From NCBI GenBank assembly GCA_965219535.1, contig CBDCNV010000001.1, forward strand, positions 180,001 through 212,000: a stretch of 32,000 nt of DNA. The letters run 5' to 3'. A program made the position numbers and the translations under genes. This DNA is from Opitutales bacterium. GTDB lineage: Bacteria > Verrucomicrobiota > Verrucomicrobiia > Opitutales > PNEW01. The notes below the pieces were generated by a model. The model saw nothing but the letters and a program-made list of their open reading frames with translations, searched no databases and was not told the DNA's origin. Shown here in pieces: positions 1-7,828 of this stretch; the first letter of the stretch is position 1, and each line of letters begins with the position of its first letter.

Positions 1-594
1 CATGTCACCAATATGGCGCATTTTCTTGCCGGACCGATCAAAGAGGTCATTGGCAACGAGAAAACGTTCATCCCCCAACGGCCGATTGTGAAAGAAGGGG
101 AGACGCATTTTACTGCGCGCGGCGGCAGTGAGAAAGGCGATGTCACGAACGAAGATTACGCCGGCGCGCTCGTAAAATTTTCCAATGGCGCTCAGGGTTC
201 TTTCGAAGTGTGCCGGATAATTAGCGGCATGAAATGCCAGATGGCTTTTGAAGTGCATGGGACAAAAGGCGCCATTAACTGGAATTTCGAGAAGATGAAT
301 GAGATGAATGTCTTTCTACCCGACGAGAAAAATAACCACGATGGCTTCGTAACTCTCTATACTGGATCCGAGCACCCCTATCACGCCAATTTTAATCCTG
401 GTCCAGCCAACAGTTTGAGCTACGAAGATCTTAAGATAATTGAGTCCTATAATTTTCTTCGCTCTATCCATGAAAATAAGCAGGCCGAACCCGGCTTTAG
501 TGCCGCATTGAAAGTTGCTGAAGTGCATGACGCCATCATTCGCTCCTGGGATTCAAAACAATGGGAAGCAGTGAGGCCGATTATTATAAACTAA
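1..594 (+). CDS. Gfo/Idh/MocA-family oxidoreductase, C-terminal part (5' end lies outside the window)
   Basis: Frame 1 is open from base 1 (HVTNMAHF...), so the Met at 13 in the ORF track is internal. The sequence looks like the C-terminal domain of this family (GALVKFSNGAQGSFEVCRI, FEVHGTKGAINWNF). Stop codon at 592-594. Confidence 0.7.
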   Translation, partial: HVTNMAHFLAGPIKEVIGNEKTFIPQRPIVKEGETHFTARGGSEKGDVTNEDYAGALVKFSNGAQGSFEVCRIISGMKCQMAFEVHGTKGAINWNFEKMNEMNVFLPDEKNNHDGFVTLYTGSEHPYHANFNPGPANSLSYEDLKIIESYNFLRSIHENKQAEPGFSAALKVAEVHDAIIRSWDSKQWEAVRPIIIN

Positions 595-706
595 TATAAT
601 TCCAAATTCACCGCAAAGAACGCCAAGTTAATGAATATAATATCAATTTCTATTTTTTATTCAAAACTCTCGGCGAACTCAGCGCCTCATCGGTTACTAT
701 TATGAC

Positions 707-1543
707 ATGAGTGAATCTAAAAAGATGAAAGGGCAACGAGTGCTGGTAACTGGATCGGGCACCGGAATCGGCCGGGGGGTCGCATTAGAATTCGCTAAAG
801 CGGGCGCCGCCGTTGTGCTGCATTACGCCCATAGCGAAGAGGGATGTATCAGCGCGGTTGAAGAAATACAGAGTGAGGGGGGAAAAGCGGAAGCATTCAA
901 AGCCGATCTCGGAAACATTGATGCCTGTCGGGATCTTGCATCAAAGGCTGCTGATTTTCTCGGCGGGATCGATGTGCTCGTGAATAATTCAGGTATTACA
1001 ATGAACAAACCTTTTCTCGAGGTAACGCCGGAACAGTTCGATACGCTCTACAATGTAAATATAAGGGGAATGTTTTTTCTCACTCAATTTACCGCACCTC
1101 ACATGATTGATCGTGGCAAGGGCGCGGTCATCAATTTAACCTCGGTACACACTTATGCCGGTATGAGCGAACATACGGTTTACGCTGGAACTAAAGGGGC
1201 GATCGTCGCTTTCACGCGCGTCCTTGCATTGGAACTTTCGCATAAAGGGATAAGAGTTAATGCTATCGCCCCGGGTTGGATCCTCGTCGAAAATCACCTT
1301 AAAGTACTGGATGATTTTGATCGTGATGCCGCTGCCGCCAGCATCCCCGCGGGCATTATTGGAGCACCGACTGACATCGGTAAACTGGCCCTTTTCCTCG
1401 CCTCCGACGACGCGCGTTACATCGTCGGTCAGACTTTTGTTATCGATGGGGGACAATTATCCATCATGCCCTTGACCGGTGATTTTCGAGAAGAACGAAA
1501 AGAGCAATGGGGGCAAGGTTACGTCCCCGGGCTCGAGAAGTGA
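707..1543 (+). CDS. Short-chain dehydrogenase/reductase (SDR) family oxidoreductase
   Basis: Rossmann motif TGSGTGIGRG, NNSG motif and catalytic YAGTKGA (YxxxK). An alternative start Met lies at 725. Confidence 0.9.
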   Translation: MSESKKMKGQRVLVTGSGTGIGRGVALEFAKAGAAVVLHYAHSEEGCISAVEEIQSEGGKAEAFKADLGNIDACRDLASKAADFLGGIDVLVNNSGITMNKPFLEVTPEQFDTLYNVNIRGMFFLTQFTAPHMIDRGKGAVINLTSVHTYAGMSEHTVYAGTKGAIVAFTRVLALELSHKGIRVNAIAPGWILVENHLKVLDDFDRDAAAASIPAGIIGAPTDIGKLALFLASDDARYIVGQTFVIDGGQLSIMPLTGDFREERKEQWGQGYVPGLEK

Positions 1544-1576
1544 TAATAGTGTTCAAAACTTAAGAATCGTATATTA

Positions 1577-1686
1577 AGGTGGAACGCGCTGTCTCTAGCG
1601 CGTTTAATTTTATGTATTTTATTACAGTAGCGCGCTGGGGAACAGCCGTCGCCAAGGCTATGGCGGTCAGGCAGCACGTTCCACCT
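1577..1686. repeat. REP-like hairpin doublet: forward unit 1577-1604, inverted unit 1628-1686 carrying a 29-nt extra segment at 1648-1676
   Basis: AGGTGGAACGCGCTGTCTCTAGCGCGTT, then on the other strand ...GCGCGCTGGGGAACAGCC[29 nt]CGTTCCACCT. It is the same family as the units at 4845-4923 and 5470-5573. It lies between the convergent genes ending at 1543 and 1699. Confidence 0.65.
1583..1611 (+). terminator. Possible intrinsic terminator formed by the REP forward unit
   Basis: 8-bp stem AACGCGCT/AGCGCGTT with a 6-nt loop, followed by TAATTTT. It starts 40 nt downstream of the SDR stop codon. The T-tract is interrupted. Confidence 0.35.
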
Positions 1687-1698
1687 CTACTTTATCAA

Positions 1699-2565
1699 CT
1701 ACATCTTATTTAACTCTCGATCGGATTCGAGAAAACCCCATCCGTCGAGAAACTTTATCCAGCGTGCACGCTTCGTATTACCTTCCGGGTTGGACAACCA
1801 GCTTTCGGGGTACTGCGGTCCGGGAAATTTTAGCGCTTTTCTCGTGTGGCGACTGGATTCGAGCATACTCTTTTCTGCTTCTACCTCTCCGGGCGTATGA
1901 GGATTTTTATGCCAATTTACACTGCACATACGCCGGTCCTTTGACCCGCCCCAGGTCGCATGCCAGAGACGAAAGTCAAAGGTCACCACATCACCCGGTT
2001 CAGTTTTACACACGTGCGCAGGTATGTCCTTAGTTTCTAGTCCAGCCTTCTTCAGATAAGAATCCCCTTCACCAATGTTGGCCCCTTTCATTCCCATATT
2101 TATTAGTTTATCGTGATACGGGTTCCGATGCGAACCGGGAATGACCCGGAGTGCGCCCGTGTTGCCATCGAGTGGTTGCAGGTAAAGAGCAAATTTTATT
2201 CCCCACATATTCATATTCGAGATGTCGGGATGCCACTCCGTGCGATCACCGGAAAAGTGGTTCCCATTAGAAAATACAGCAATTGCGTCTTCACCCAGCA
2301 ACTGTTCCGCAGCACAGGAGATGCGGGGATCTTCAGGCAATGCTGCCAGGGTAGGGGTCTCCTCACTGAGGTTAGACCAGTTGTACTGCCCGCGAACACC
2401 CACGGATTCCGCATGATGCTGCCTCGCGATATTTAACCCTCTTTCAAATTCCTCATTCATGATCTCAATTTCATTGAGGGCAAACACCTTGCGGCGAAGG
2501 ATAAAGCCGAAGGTTTTGAAATGTTCAATCTGGCTATCGGTTAAGCGATATTTATCTTGAATCAT
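1699..2565 (-). CDS. Phytanoyl-CoA dioxygenase (PhyH) family Fe(II)/2-oxoglutarate-dependent oxygenase
   Basis: N-terminal IEHFKTFGF, WHPD (HxD), RVIPGSH and RLWHATWGG follow the PhyH-family motif order. Confidence 0.8.
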   Translation of the reverse strand: MIQDKYRLTDSQIEHFKTFGFILRRKVFALNEIEIMNEEFERGLNIARQHHAESVGVRGQYNWSNLSEETPTLAALPEDPRISCAAEQLLGEDAIAVFSNGNHFSGDRTEWHPDISNMNMWGIKFALYLQPLDGNTGALRVIPGSHRNPYHDKLINMGMKGANIGEGDSYLKKAGLETKDIPAHVCKTEPGDVVTFDFRLWHATWGGSKDRRMCSVNWHKNPHTPGEVEAEKSMLESSRHTRKALKFPGPQYPESWLSNPEGNTKRARWIKFLDGWGFLESDRELNKM

Positions 2566-2668
2566 ATTAATACTGTAACCCTTTTTTCATCACCGTCAAT
2601 AGGGCTGATGATGATGAATAGCGATCTTGTGTTAAATTCTCTGGGCTAAAATCTTAAGCTGTGAAATC

Positions 2669-3841
2669 TTATTTCCCTTGTAATCTAAAGCTGGTGATCG
2701 AAAGGATAGAGCCAAAGATGATGATAAAGCAGCCGGCTATCGCAAAGGTAAAAGATATGCCAAAATGTGTGGTGAGAGGATGAGAAACGAGCGGTGCAAT
2801 AAACATCCCGAGAAAAAAGGAAGTCATTAAACCGCCGACGGCTCTTCCACGATAGGCCAAAGGGGCAACCATATTTATCCAGACATTGACATTAGGCATA
2901 AATAATCCAAAACCCAGAGCGGAAAAAAATACCGCGCCCATCGCAACGGTAAAATTGGTCGAAAAATAAAGAATGCAGCACCCAATCCCGATTACAATAG
3001 TACCGATAAGTGTAATCGTGCTAAAATTTAAGTACCTGCTCACAGTGCTATAGCGCAGGGAAACTAAAGCGGATATGCATGTCGATATCGCCATAACCAA
3101 TCCCACTATCGTGCTTCTCGTGACTCCCAATTCCACGGAATAGAGGGGAAAGAGCACGCCCACCATGTAGTATGTACCCATCGTTATTAAAGTGATCGAG
3201 TAAATCAGACCGACGATTAAAAAGGGAAATTTTTCATCTCCTCTCTCCTCATTGATTGCTCCATCATTTGGTCTGTGCTCGGGTTCGGTGAGAAAAAAGT
3301 GTCCGACAAAAAGAGCAAAAAACGCAATCGTGAAGAGGTAAAATGGCCCCCGCCAATTGATGTCTCCCAGTATTCCACTGGTCGTCAAATAAAACATGGA
3401 TCCGAACTGAATGAAGAAGGCCTGGAACCCCATGGCTTTTTTTCGTTTTTCACCCGGGTAATAATCGGCAATAAGTGTCATGCAAGGTGTAGTCACACCA
3501 GCCAGGGCGAACCCGAGCAAGGCTCTACCCATGATAAGAGAAAGCAATGATTCAGCATAGCATCCTGTAGTGCCGGAAATTCCGAATACAAAAAGAGAAA
3601 AAAGGAGAATGCGCTTGCGCCCGTAGCGGTCGACAATGAAACCGGCAAAAGGAGCACACACGGAAGTAAAAATAAAGGGAATAGCTAAAAAGAGCCGGAT
3701 TAAAAATTCCGCGTTGGGTTCTCCCGCAAAATGGGCTTGAATTTTAGGCAATGACGGCATCACCGTTGCCCCCATCATCGCTGGCATGGTGCTCGCAATT
3801 AATAATGTTCCCAGGCGTAATTGTTCTTTATTCATGAACAA
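2669..3841 (-). CDS. MFS transporter
   Basis: About 12 hydrophobic segments. The MFS loop signature DRYGRKR follows the second helix. Confidence 0.9.
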   Translation of the reverse strand: MFMNKEQLRLGTLLIASTMPAMMGATVMPSLPKIQAHFAGEPNAEFLIRLFLAIPFIFTSVCAPFAGFIVDRYGRKRILLFSLFVFGISGTTGCYAESLLSLIMGRALLGFALAGVTTPCMTLIADYYPGEKRKKAMGFQAFFIQFGSMFYLTTSGILGDINWRGPFYLFTIAFFALFVGHFFLTEPEHRPNDGAINEERGDEKFPFLIVGLIYSITLITMGTYYMVGVLFPLYSVELGVTRSTIVGLVMAISTCISALVSLRYSTVSRYLNFSTITLIGTIVIGIGCCILYFSTNFTVAMGAVFFSALGFGLFMPNVNVWINMVAPLAYRGRAVGGLMTSFFLGMFIAPLVSHPLTTHFGISFTFAIAGCFIIIFGSILSITSFRLQGK

Positions 3842-3903
3842 TGCGATTTAACTTAAATTATTAATACAATTAAGCTATGAAATAATGCATAGGCTCAGGT
3901 AAT

Positions 3904-3915
3904 TCGCAGCTGCGA
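3904..3915. promoter_or_regulatory. Perfect 12-bp palindrome TCGCAGCTGCGA in a divergent intergenic region
   Basis: Read directly from the sequence. It lies between the MFS start (3841) and the start of the 261-aa ORF (3968). Function unknown. Confidence 0.2.
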
Positions 3916-3967
3916 GGGTCAACCCCTTGATGAAAATAGATAAATAAGAATTCCAACCGATGTAACA

Positions 3968-4753
3968 ATGGATGATTTCGATTCAAGCTACGACACGCCT
4001 TTAAAATGTGACTACAATAATTCATTCTTGCTCTGGTCAATCACGGCGAAGGACCATACGCCACGATCCGCACTTCAAGCCAGTTCCAAAATACGTGGTA
4101 GAGATGAAGCCTTCAGGGAATACTTTTTGGGTTCTTCCTGCGCGGGAGAACAAATGTATGTTGAGAAAAATCTGATCCAACTACCGACTGCGGAAGTAAA
4201 TAAGATATTCTCGCTCAACGATGAGCATATGTTGATTAAGTATTTTGCTGAGCCGCCCGGAATAATACAGGTCGCTCATCGATTGGGTGAAAAGATGCCA
4301 ACCCACGACGGGACAGGTGCGGTGGTGACTAAATTTGAATACGGCATGCGGTATTTTACCGAGGTGTTAGAAATGACAACCTATGAAGAAGTCTATCATG
4401 CGGTAATAAATAATAAACCTATTCTCGGGAGAACGCGTTATATCGATCATCGAAACGATGATCATATCGAGGTTGTATCCGAATACCCGGTATCGGTAAT
4501 CAACGTGCGACATGAGCATAAAATGTGGCAGGTGGATACGGATCCAGTAATACTTCCCGATTTTATGATTAAAGAAAAGCTGGAGGTCTCAGTATTCCGG
4601 CAAGCCTTCCTCGTTTATAATCGATGGGATTACGCCGAATATGTTATGCAATTACCGGTCATTCACAAGGGGGCAAGCCACCCCACTGTACACTACACGG
4701 ATCCCAAGCCATTGGAGGTAAGAAATCAATTGTTTGCCGTTAATGCTATTTGA
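3968..4753 (+). CDS. Hypothetical protein, no recognisable domain
   Basis: 261-aa ORF with no competing long ORF. I recognise no motifs. The start is uncertain (internal Met at residue 63). It looks more AT-rich than its neighbours. Confidence 0.5.
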   Translation: MDDFDSSYDTPLKCDYNNSFLLWSITAKDHTPRSALQASSKIRGRDEAFREYFLGSSCAGEQMYVEKNLIQLPTAEVNKIFSLNDEHMLIKYFAEPPGIIQVAHRLGEKMPTHDGTGAVVTKFEYGMRYFTEVLEMTTYEEVYHAVINNKPILGRTRYIDHRNDDHIEVVSEYPVSVINVRHEHKMWQVDTDPVILPDFMIKEKLEVSVFRQAFLVYNRWDYAEYVMQLPVIHKGASHPTVHYTDPKPLEVRNQLFAVNAI

Positions 4754-4844
4754 TGCAATTTTAATTAAGCACAGCTCCATTCCAAAAGTTTAATCCTACC
4801 GCGGATGACACAGATCACGCAGATAATTTATTACCGTTGAGAAA

Positions 4845-4923
4845 AAGTGTGCTGGGACAGCCCGCTCCACCTATAATCTTTGAATAATGCAATAAAGGTG
4901 GAACGCGGTGTCCCTACCGCGTT
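4845..4923. repeat. REP-like hairpin doublet: inverted unit 4845-4872, 23-nt spacer, forward unit 4896-4923
   Basis: AAGTGTGCTGGGACAGCCCGCTCCACCT - ATAATCTTTGAATAATGCAATAA - AGGTGGAACGCGGTGTCCCTACCGCGTT. Each unit is AGGTGGA plus a 7-bp GC-rich stem around a conserved TGTCCCTA loop. Confidence 0.75.
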
Positions 4924-4927
4924 TTTT
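4902..4927 (+). terminator. Possible intrinsic terminator formed by the REP forward unit
   Basis: Stem AACGCGG/CCGCGTT, loop TGTCCCTA, then a run of six T. Confidence 0.4.
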
Positions 4928-4969
4928 ATAAGATTGAAGTATTTAAAAATACTGGAATTACCCTTACCC

Positions 4970-5407
4970 TTAATACTCCAAAGTCCAAGGCCATAACTCT
5001 GGTTTTGTGCATAATCCTTTCACAACTGGATTATGACGAATATAGGTGCTTTTTAATTCAAGTTCTTTGTCATTTCTAATGCGGTGATCAAAATAGTTTT
5101 CCTGCCATTTTATATAATTATTACGATGGTGATATTTCTTCCAAATACCTATCAAATCGCTCATGTTCTTCTCTGGATTGAAAGACAATAAGGCATGAAG
5201 ATGATCGGGCATTAACACGAAGAGTCGACAATACCAATTACCCTTTTCCTCATAGTAGATAACTGAATCGAGTATTTGAATACCGAGAGAATAATCAGTC
5301 AAGGGAGGCTTATTTTTCTGATGACAGCGAATGCGAATATGAAAGACTGAACCAGATCTAACCCAAGATGGTGTCTCATGATAAAGTCGTCTCGGATACC
5401 GCTTCAC
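4970..5407 (-). CDS. REP-associated tyrosine transposase (RAYT; IS200/IS605-like Y1 HUH transposase)
   Basis: HUH motif in LMPDHLHALL and a catalytic-Tyr context YIRHNPVVKGL. The 145-aa size is typical. REP doublets flank it on both sides. Confidence 0.85.
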   Translation of the reverse strand: MKRYPRRLYHETPSWVRSGSVFHIRIRCHQKNKPPLTDYSLGIQILDSVIYYEEKGNWYCRLFVLMPDHLHALLSFNPEKNMSDLIGIWKKYHHRNNYIKWQENYFDHRIRNDKELELKSTYIRHNPVVKGLCTKPELWPWTLEY

Positions 5408-5469
5408 TCTATTCAGTGAAAGCGGAATTGTAAGACAAATATTAAGTTAACAATATTAATTGTTGTAAG

Positions 5470-5573
5470 AAGCGCGCTAGGGACAGCCCGCTCCACCTAT
5501 CATCGTTGTATAATGCAATAAAGGTGGAACGCGGCCTGCGACGAGCTCAGTCGAATCGTGTCCCTACCGCGTT
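5470..5573. repeat. REP-like hairpin doublet: inverted unit 5470-5498, 23-nt spacer, forward unit 5522-5573 interrupted by 24 nt at 5535-5558
   Basis: AAGCGCGCTAGGGACAGCCCGCTCCACCT - ATCATCGTTGTATAATGCAATAA - AGGTGGAACGCGG[CCTGCGACGAGCTCAGTCGAATCG]TGTCCCTACCGCGTT. The spacer is conserved with the 4873-4895 spacer. Confidence 0.75.
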
Positions 5574-5590
5574 AAAAAGTAGTAATATTA

Positions 5591-5668
5591 AGAAGCGTGC
5601 TAGGATCCACCTTCACCCCGCAGTGGCAAGCCTACGGCGTGACCAGCAGCAGGTTCTGCTACGAGTAG
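5591..5668. repeat. Truncated REP unit (5591-5612) followed by a GC-rich segment related to the insert at 1648-1676
   Basis: AGAAGCGTGCTAGGATCCACCT lacks the central part of the unit. 5623-5653 (GTGGCAAGCCTACGGCGTGACCAGCAGCAGG) aligns by eye at roughly 70 percent with 1648-1678. Confidence 0.45.
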
Positions 5669-5699
5669 GATAATCTCAATATAACTCTTTTAGTATTAC

Positions 5700-6584
5700 C
5701 TACCCTGCATACTCGTAGGCTGGCACTCCGCGCACATTTAAATTATATTTCAGCAGAGAACCCGCGAGGGGCTGTTCTGCAAGGTCTTTATCTTCTAATT
5801 TATAGGTAGCCGAGGTTACATAAAGCTCATCGAGATTTTCTCCGCCAAAGGCACATGAAGTAATACTGTTCGCGGGAACTGGAACATTGGCAATCAACTC
5901 GCCGGTTTGCGGATTGTAGCGTTTGACACCCCAACCTCCAAAGACCGCGATCCAAAGCATCCCCTCTTCGTCGATCGTCATCCCATCGAAATGACCTTCC
6001 CCAGAATTTTCAATCACAACGCGTTCATTTTTTATGTCCCCCGTATCAATATCGTAGTCCCATGCACGCACATTGTCCACAGGAGTGTCGATGTAGTACA
6101 TCGTTTTATGATCCAAGCTCCAGACGATTCCGTTGGAAATGGAAACGGGCGAAACCTTTTTAGAAATGGAATGATCAGTATCCAAGCAGTAGAGTGCGCC
6201 CTTATCTTTTTCCGCAAAAAAATCCATCGTTCCCGCCCAGAATCTACCGGCGGGATCACACTTCCCGTCGTTAAAACGGTTCGCGGGGATAAATCTTTCA
6301 GGATCACCGAAGGCAGTTACTTTTTCTGTATCGAGGTTGAGACTGGCAAAGCCATTATGCAGTGCGAGCATCGCCCCTCCGCTGGCGCGCAGAACTATCG
6401 TCCCGACAAACTGGCATACATCAATCGTTCGATTTTCTTTGGACTTTGGATCATAGATATAAACATGATTGCTCAGGATATCTACCCAGTAAAGTCTTTG
6501 CGTTTTCGCATCCCAAATAGATCCTTCCCCGACAAGCGCTCGCTTCTCAACCACGACTTCCGGTTCCTCTTTATATTCTTTCAC
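5700..6584 (-). CDS. SMP-30/gluconolactonase/LRE-family sugar lactonase
   Basis: EGSIWDAKTQRLYWVDI, NDGKCDPAGRFWAGTM, SNGIVWSLD and DGMTIDEEGMLWIA are characteristic propeller-lactonase motifs. Confidence 0.9.
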   Translation of the reverse strand: MKEYKEEPEVVVEKRALVGEGSIWDAKTQRLYWVDILSNHVYIYDPKSKENRTIDVCQFVGTIVLRASGGAMLALHNGFASLNLDTEKVTAFGDPERFIPANRFNDGKCDPAGRFWAGTMDFFAEKDKGALYCLDTDHSISKKVSPVSISNGIVWSLDHKTMYYIDTPVDNVRAWDYDIDTGDIKNERVVIENSGEGHFDGMTIDEEGMLWIAVFGGWGVKRYNPQTGELIANVPVPANSITSCAFGGENLDELYVTSATYKLEDKDLAEQPLAGSLLKYNLNVRGVPAYEYAG

Positions 6585-6617
6585 TCATTCCCTCCTGTAT
6601 TTTTATTTTTAAAAAAT

Positions 6618-7820
6618 TTATGTTTTACGATGCTCGAGGTCTGATATTTCACAATGAACATCCGGTCGTTTTAATACTTCCTCACGCAAGGCTGTTCCGA
6701 GACCTGGAGAATGCGGAAGCGAAAGCGTCCCGTCCGAGATTGGTATTTCTTCCGTTACAACCTCCTTGTACCAACCATTGTAATACGCTCTCACGGTTTC
6801 CATGATCATCGCATTCGGAATGTGCAGCATCATATGAGTCGCTGCCCATAATGCCACCGGCCCTACACAATCGTGACAAGTGACAGGTAAATAGTAAGTA
6901 TCGGCCAGGGAACAGATTTTACGTGTCTCGGTAATTCCTCCCGTCCACACTAAATCCGGCATAATGATGTCCGCCGCATTTTTTTCCACTAACTCGCGAA
7001 AACCGTAGCGGGCGAATATTCTTTCACTAACGCAAAGCGGGATATTCGTATTCGCCTTTAAGCGCGCATAGGCTTCTGCGTTATCGGGAAGAATAATTTC
7101 CTCCAGCCACATTACATTATAGGGTTCTAATGCATGCGCGATTTTAGTCGCGACCGTCAGGTCCCAGCGTGAGTGACCTTCGACCGCAATCTCGATTTTA
7201 TCGCCGACCGTTTTGCGAATATCCTCCACGTGCGAAATGCCCTTTAATAGATCATCATTGCTGAGGAAATGCCCGGTTGGACCAACCCCTTCATTCGCAT
7301 AGCGTGGTCCATTAGGGTCACGGATCATTACGCCAAATTGATCGAATGGCCATATCTTCATCGCTTTGATCCCGTGTTTTAAAAGATCTTCCGCAAGTTC
7401 ACCGCTGCGCCCGTCACGCCAGAGATCGTAATCCCGACAATCCCCATAAGTGACACAGGTATTATAAACCTGAATCCGGTCGCGGCTGCGACCACCCAGT
7501 AAATTATAAATAGGTTCACCCGTATGCTGGCCGACGATATCCCACAACGCCACATCTACCGCGCTGATCGCACGCGATTCAGCGCCCGCATAGCCAAAAA
7601 AATTAACGGTCGAAAACATATTGTTCCAGTGCTTCTCAATGTCACTGGGATCGTTGTCAAGCAGGAGATCGGCGAATACATCGTGGATTACCGCACTCAC
7701 TGCACGCGGCACATAGAAGGTTTCACCGAGTCCGACGAGTCCGTCATCGGTGTGAACCCTGACCCACATATTATGCGGTTGCTCATCGATCCAGATCGTT
7801 TCAATCTTTGTTATTTTCAC
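6618..7820 (-). CDS. Enolase-superfamily (mandelate racemase/muconate lactonizing enzyme) sugar-acid dehydratase, DgoD/ManD-like
   Basis: N-terminus MKITKIETIW...DDGLVGLGE, then ISAVDVALWDI and LLGG. Acidic barrel positions sit in KIWPFD, WLEEI and VSERI. Confidence 0.85.
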   Translation of the reverse strand: MKITKIETIWIDEQPHNMWVRVHTDDGLVGLGETFYVPRAVSAVIHDVFADLLLDNDPSDIEKHWNNMFSTVNFFGYAGAESRAISAVDVALWDIVGQHTGEPIYNLLGGRSRDRIQVYNTCVTYGDCRDYDLWRDGRSGELAEDLLKHGIKAMKIWPFDQFGVMIRDPNGPRYANEGVGPTGHFLSNDDLLKGISHVEDIRKTVGDKIEIAVEGHSRWDLTVATKIAHALEPYNVMWLEEIILPDNAEAYARLKANTNIPLCVSERIFARYGFRELVEKNAADIIMPDLVWTGGITETRKICSLADTYYLPVTCHDCVGPVALWAATHMMLHIPNAMIMETVRAYYNGWYKEVVTEEIPISDGTLSLPHSPGLGTALREEVLKRPDVHCEISDLEHRKT

Positions 7821-7828
7821 CTAAAACC

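Noticed and set aside
601-700. Short segments resembling widespread junk repeats: TTCACCGCAAAGAACGCCAAG at 607-627, CTCGGCGAACTCAGCGCCTCATCGG at 669-693, and CGCGGATGACACAGATCACGCAGAT at about 4800-4824.
   Set aside because: Each occurs once in the window and the resemblance comes from memory of other genomes. That is not enough to call a repeat family here.
5907-6644. Long antisense ORFs inside well-supported genes. Examples: 245 aa at 5907-6644 opposite the lactonase, 148 aa at 22467-22913 opposite E2, 126 aa at 8004-8384 opposite the symporter, and 122-123 aa ORFs opposite E1 alpha and beta.
   Set aside because: Each lies fully within a gene that has strong family motifs on the other strand. 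Their translations are low-complexity, Ser/Arg/Pro-rich and motif-free. These are typical shadow ORFs.
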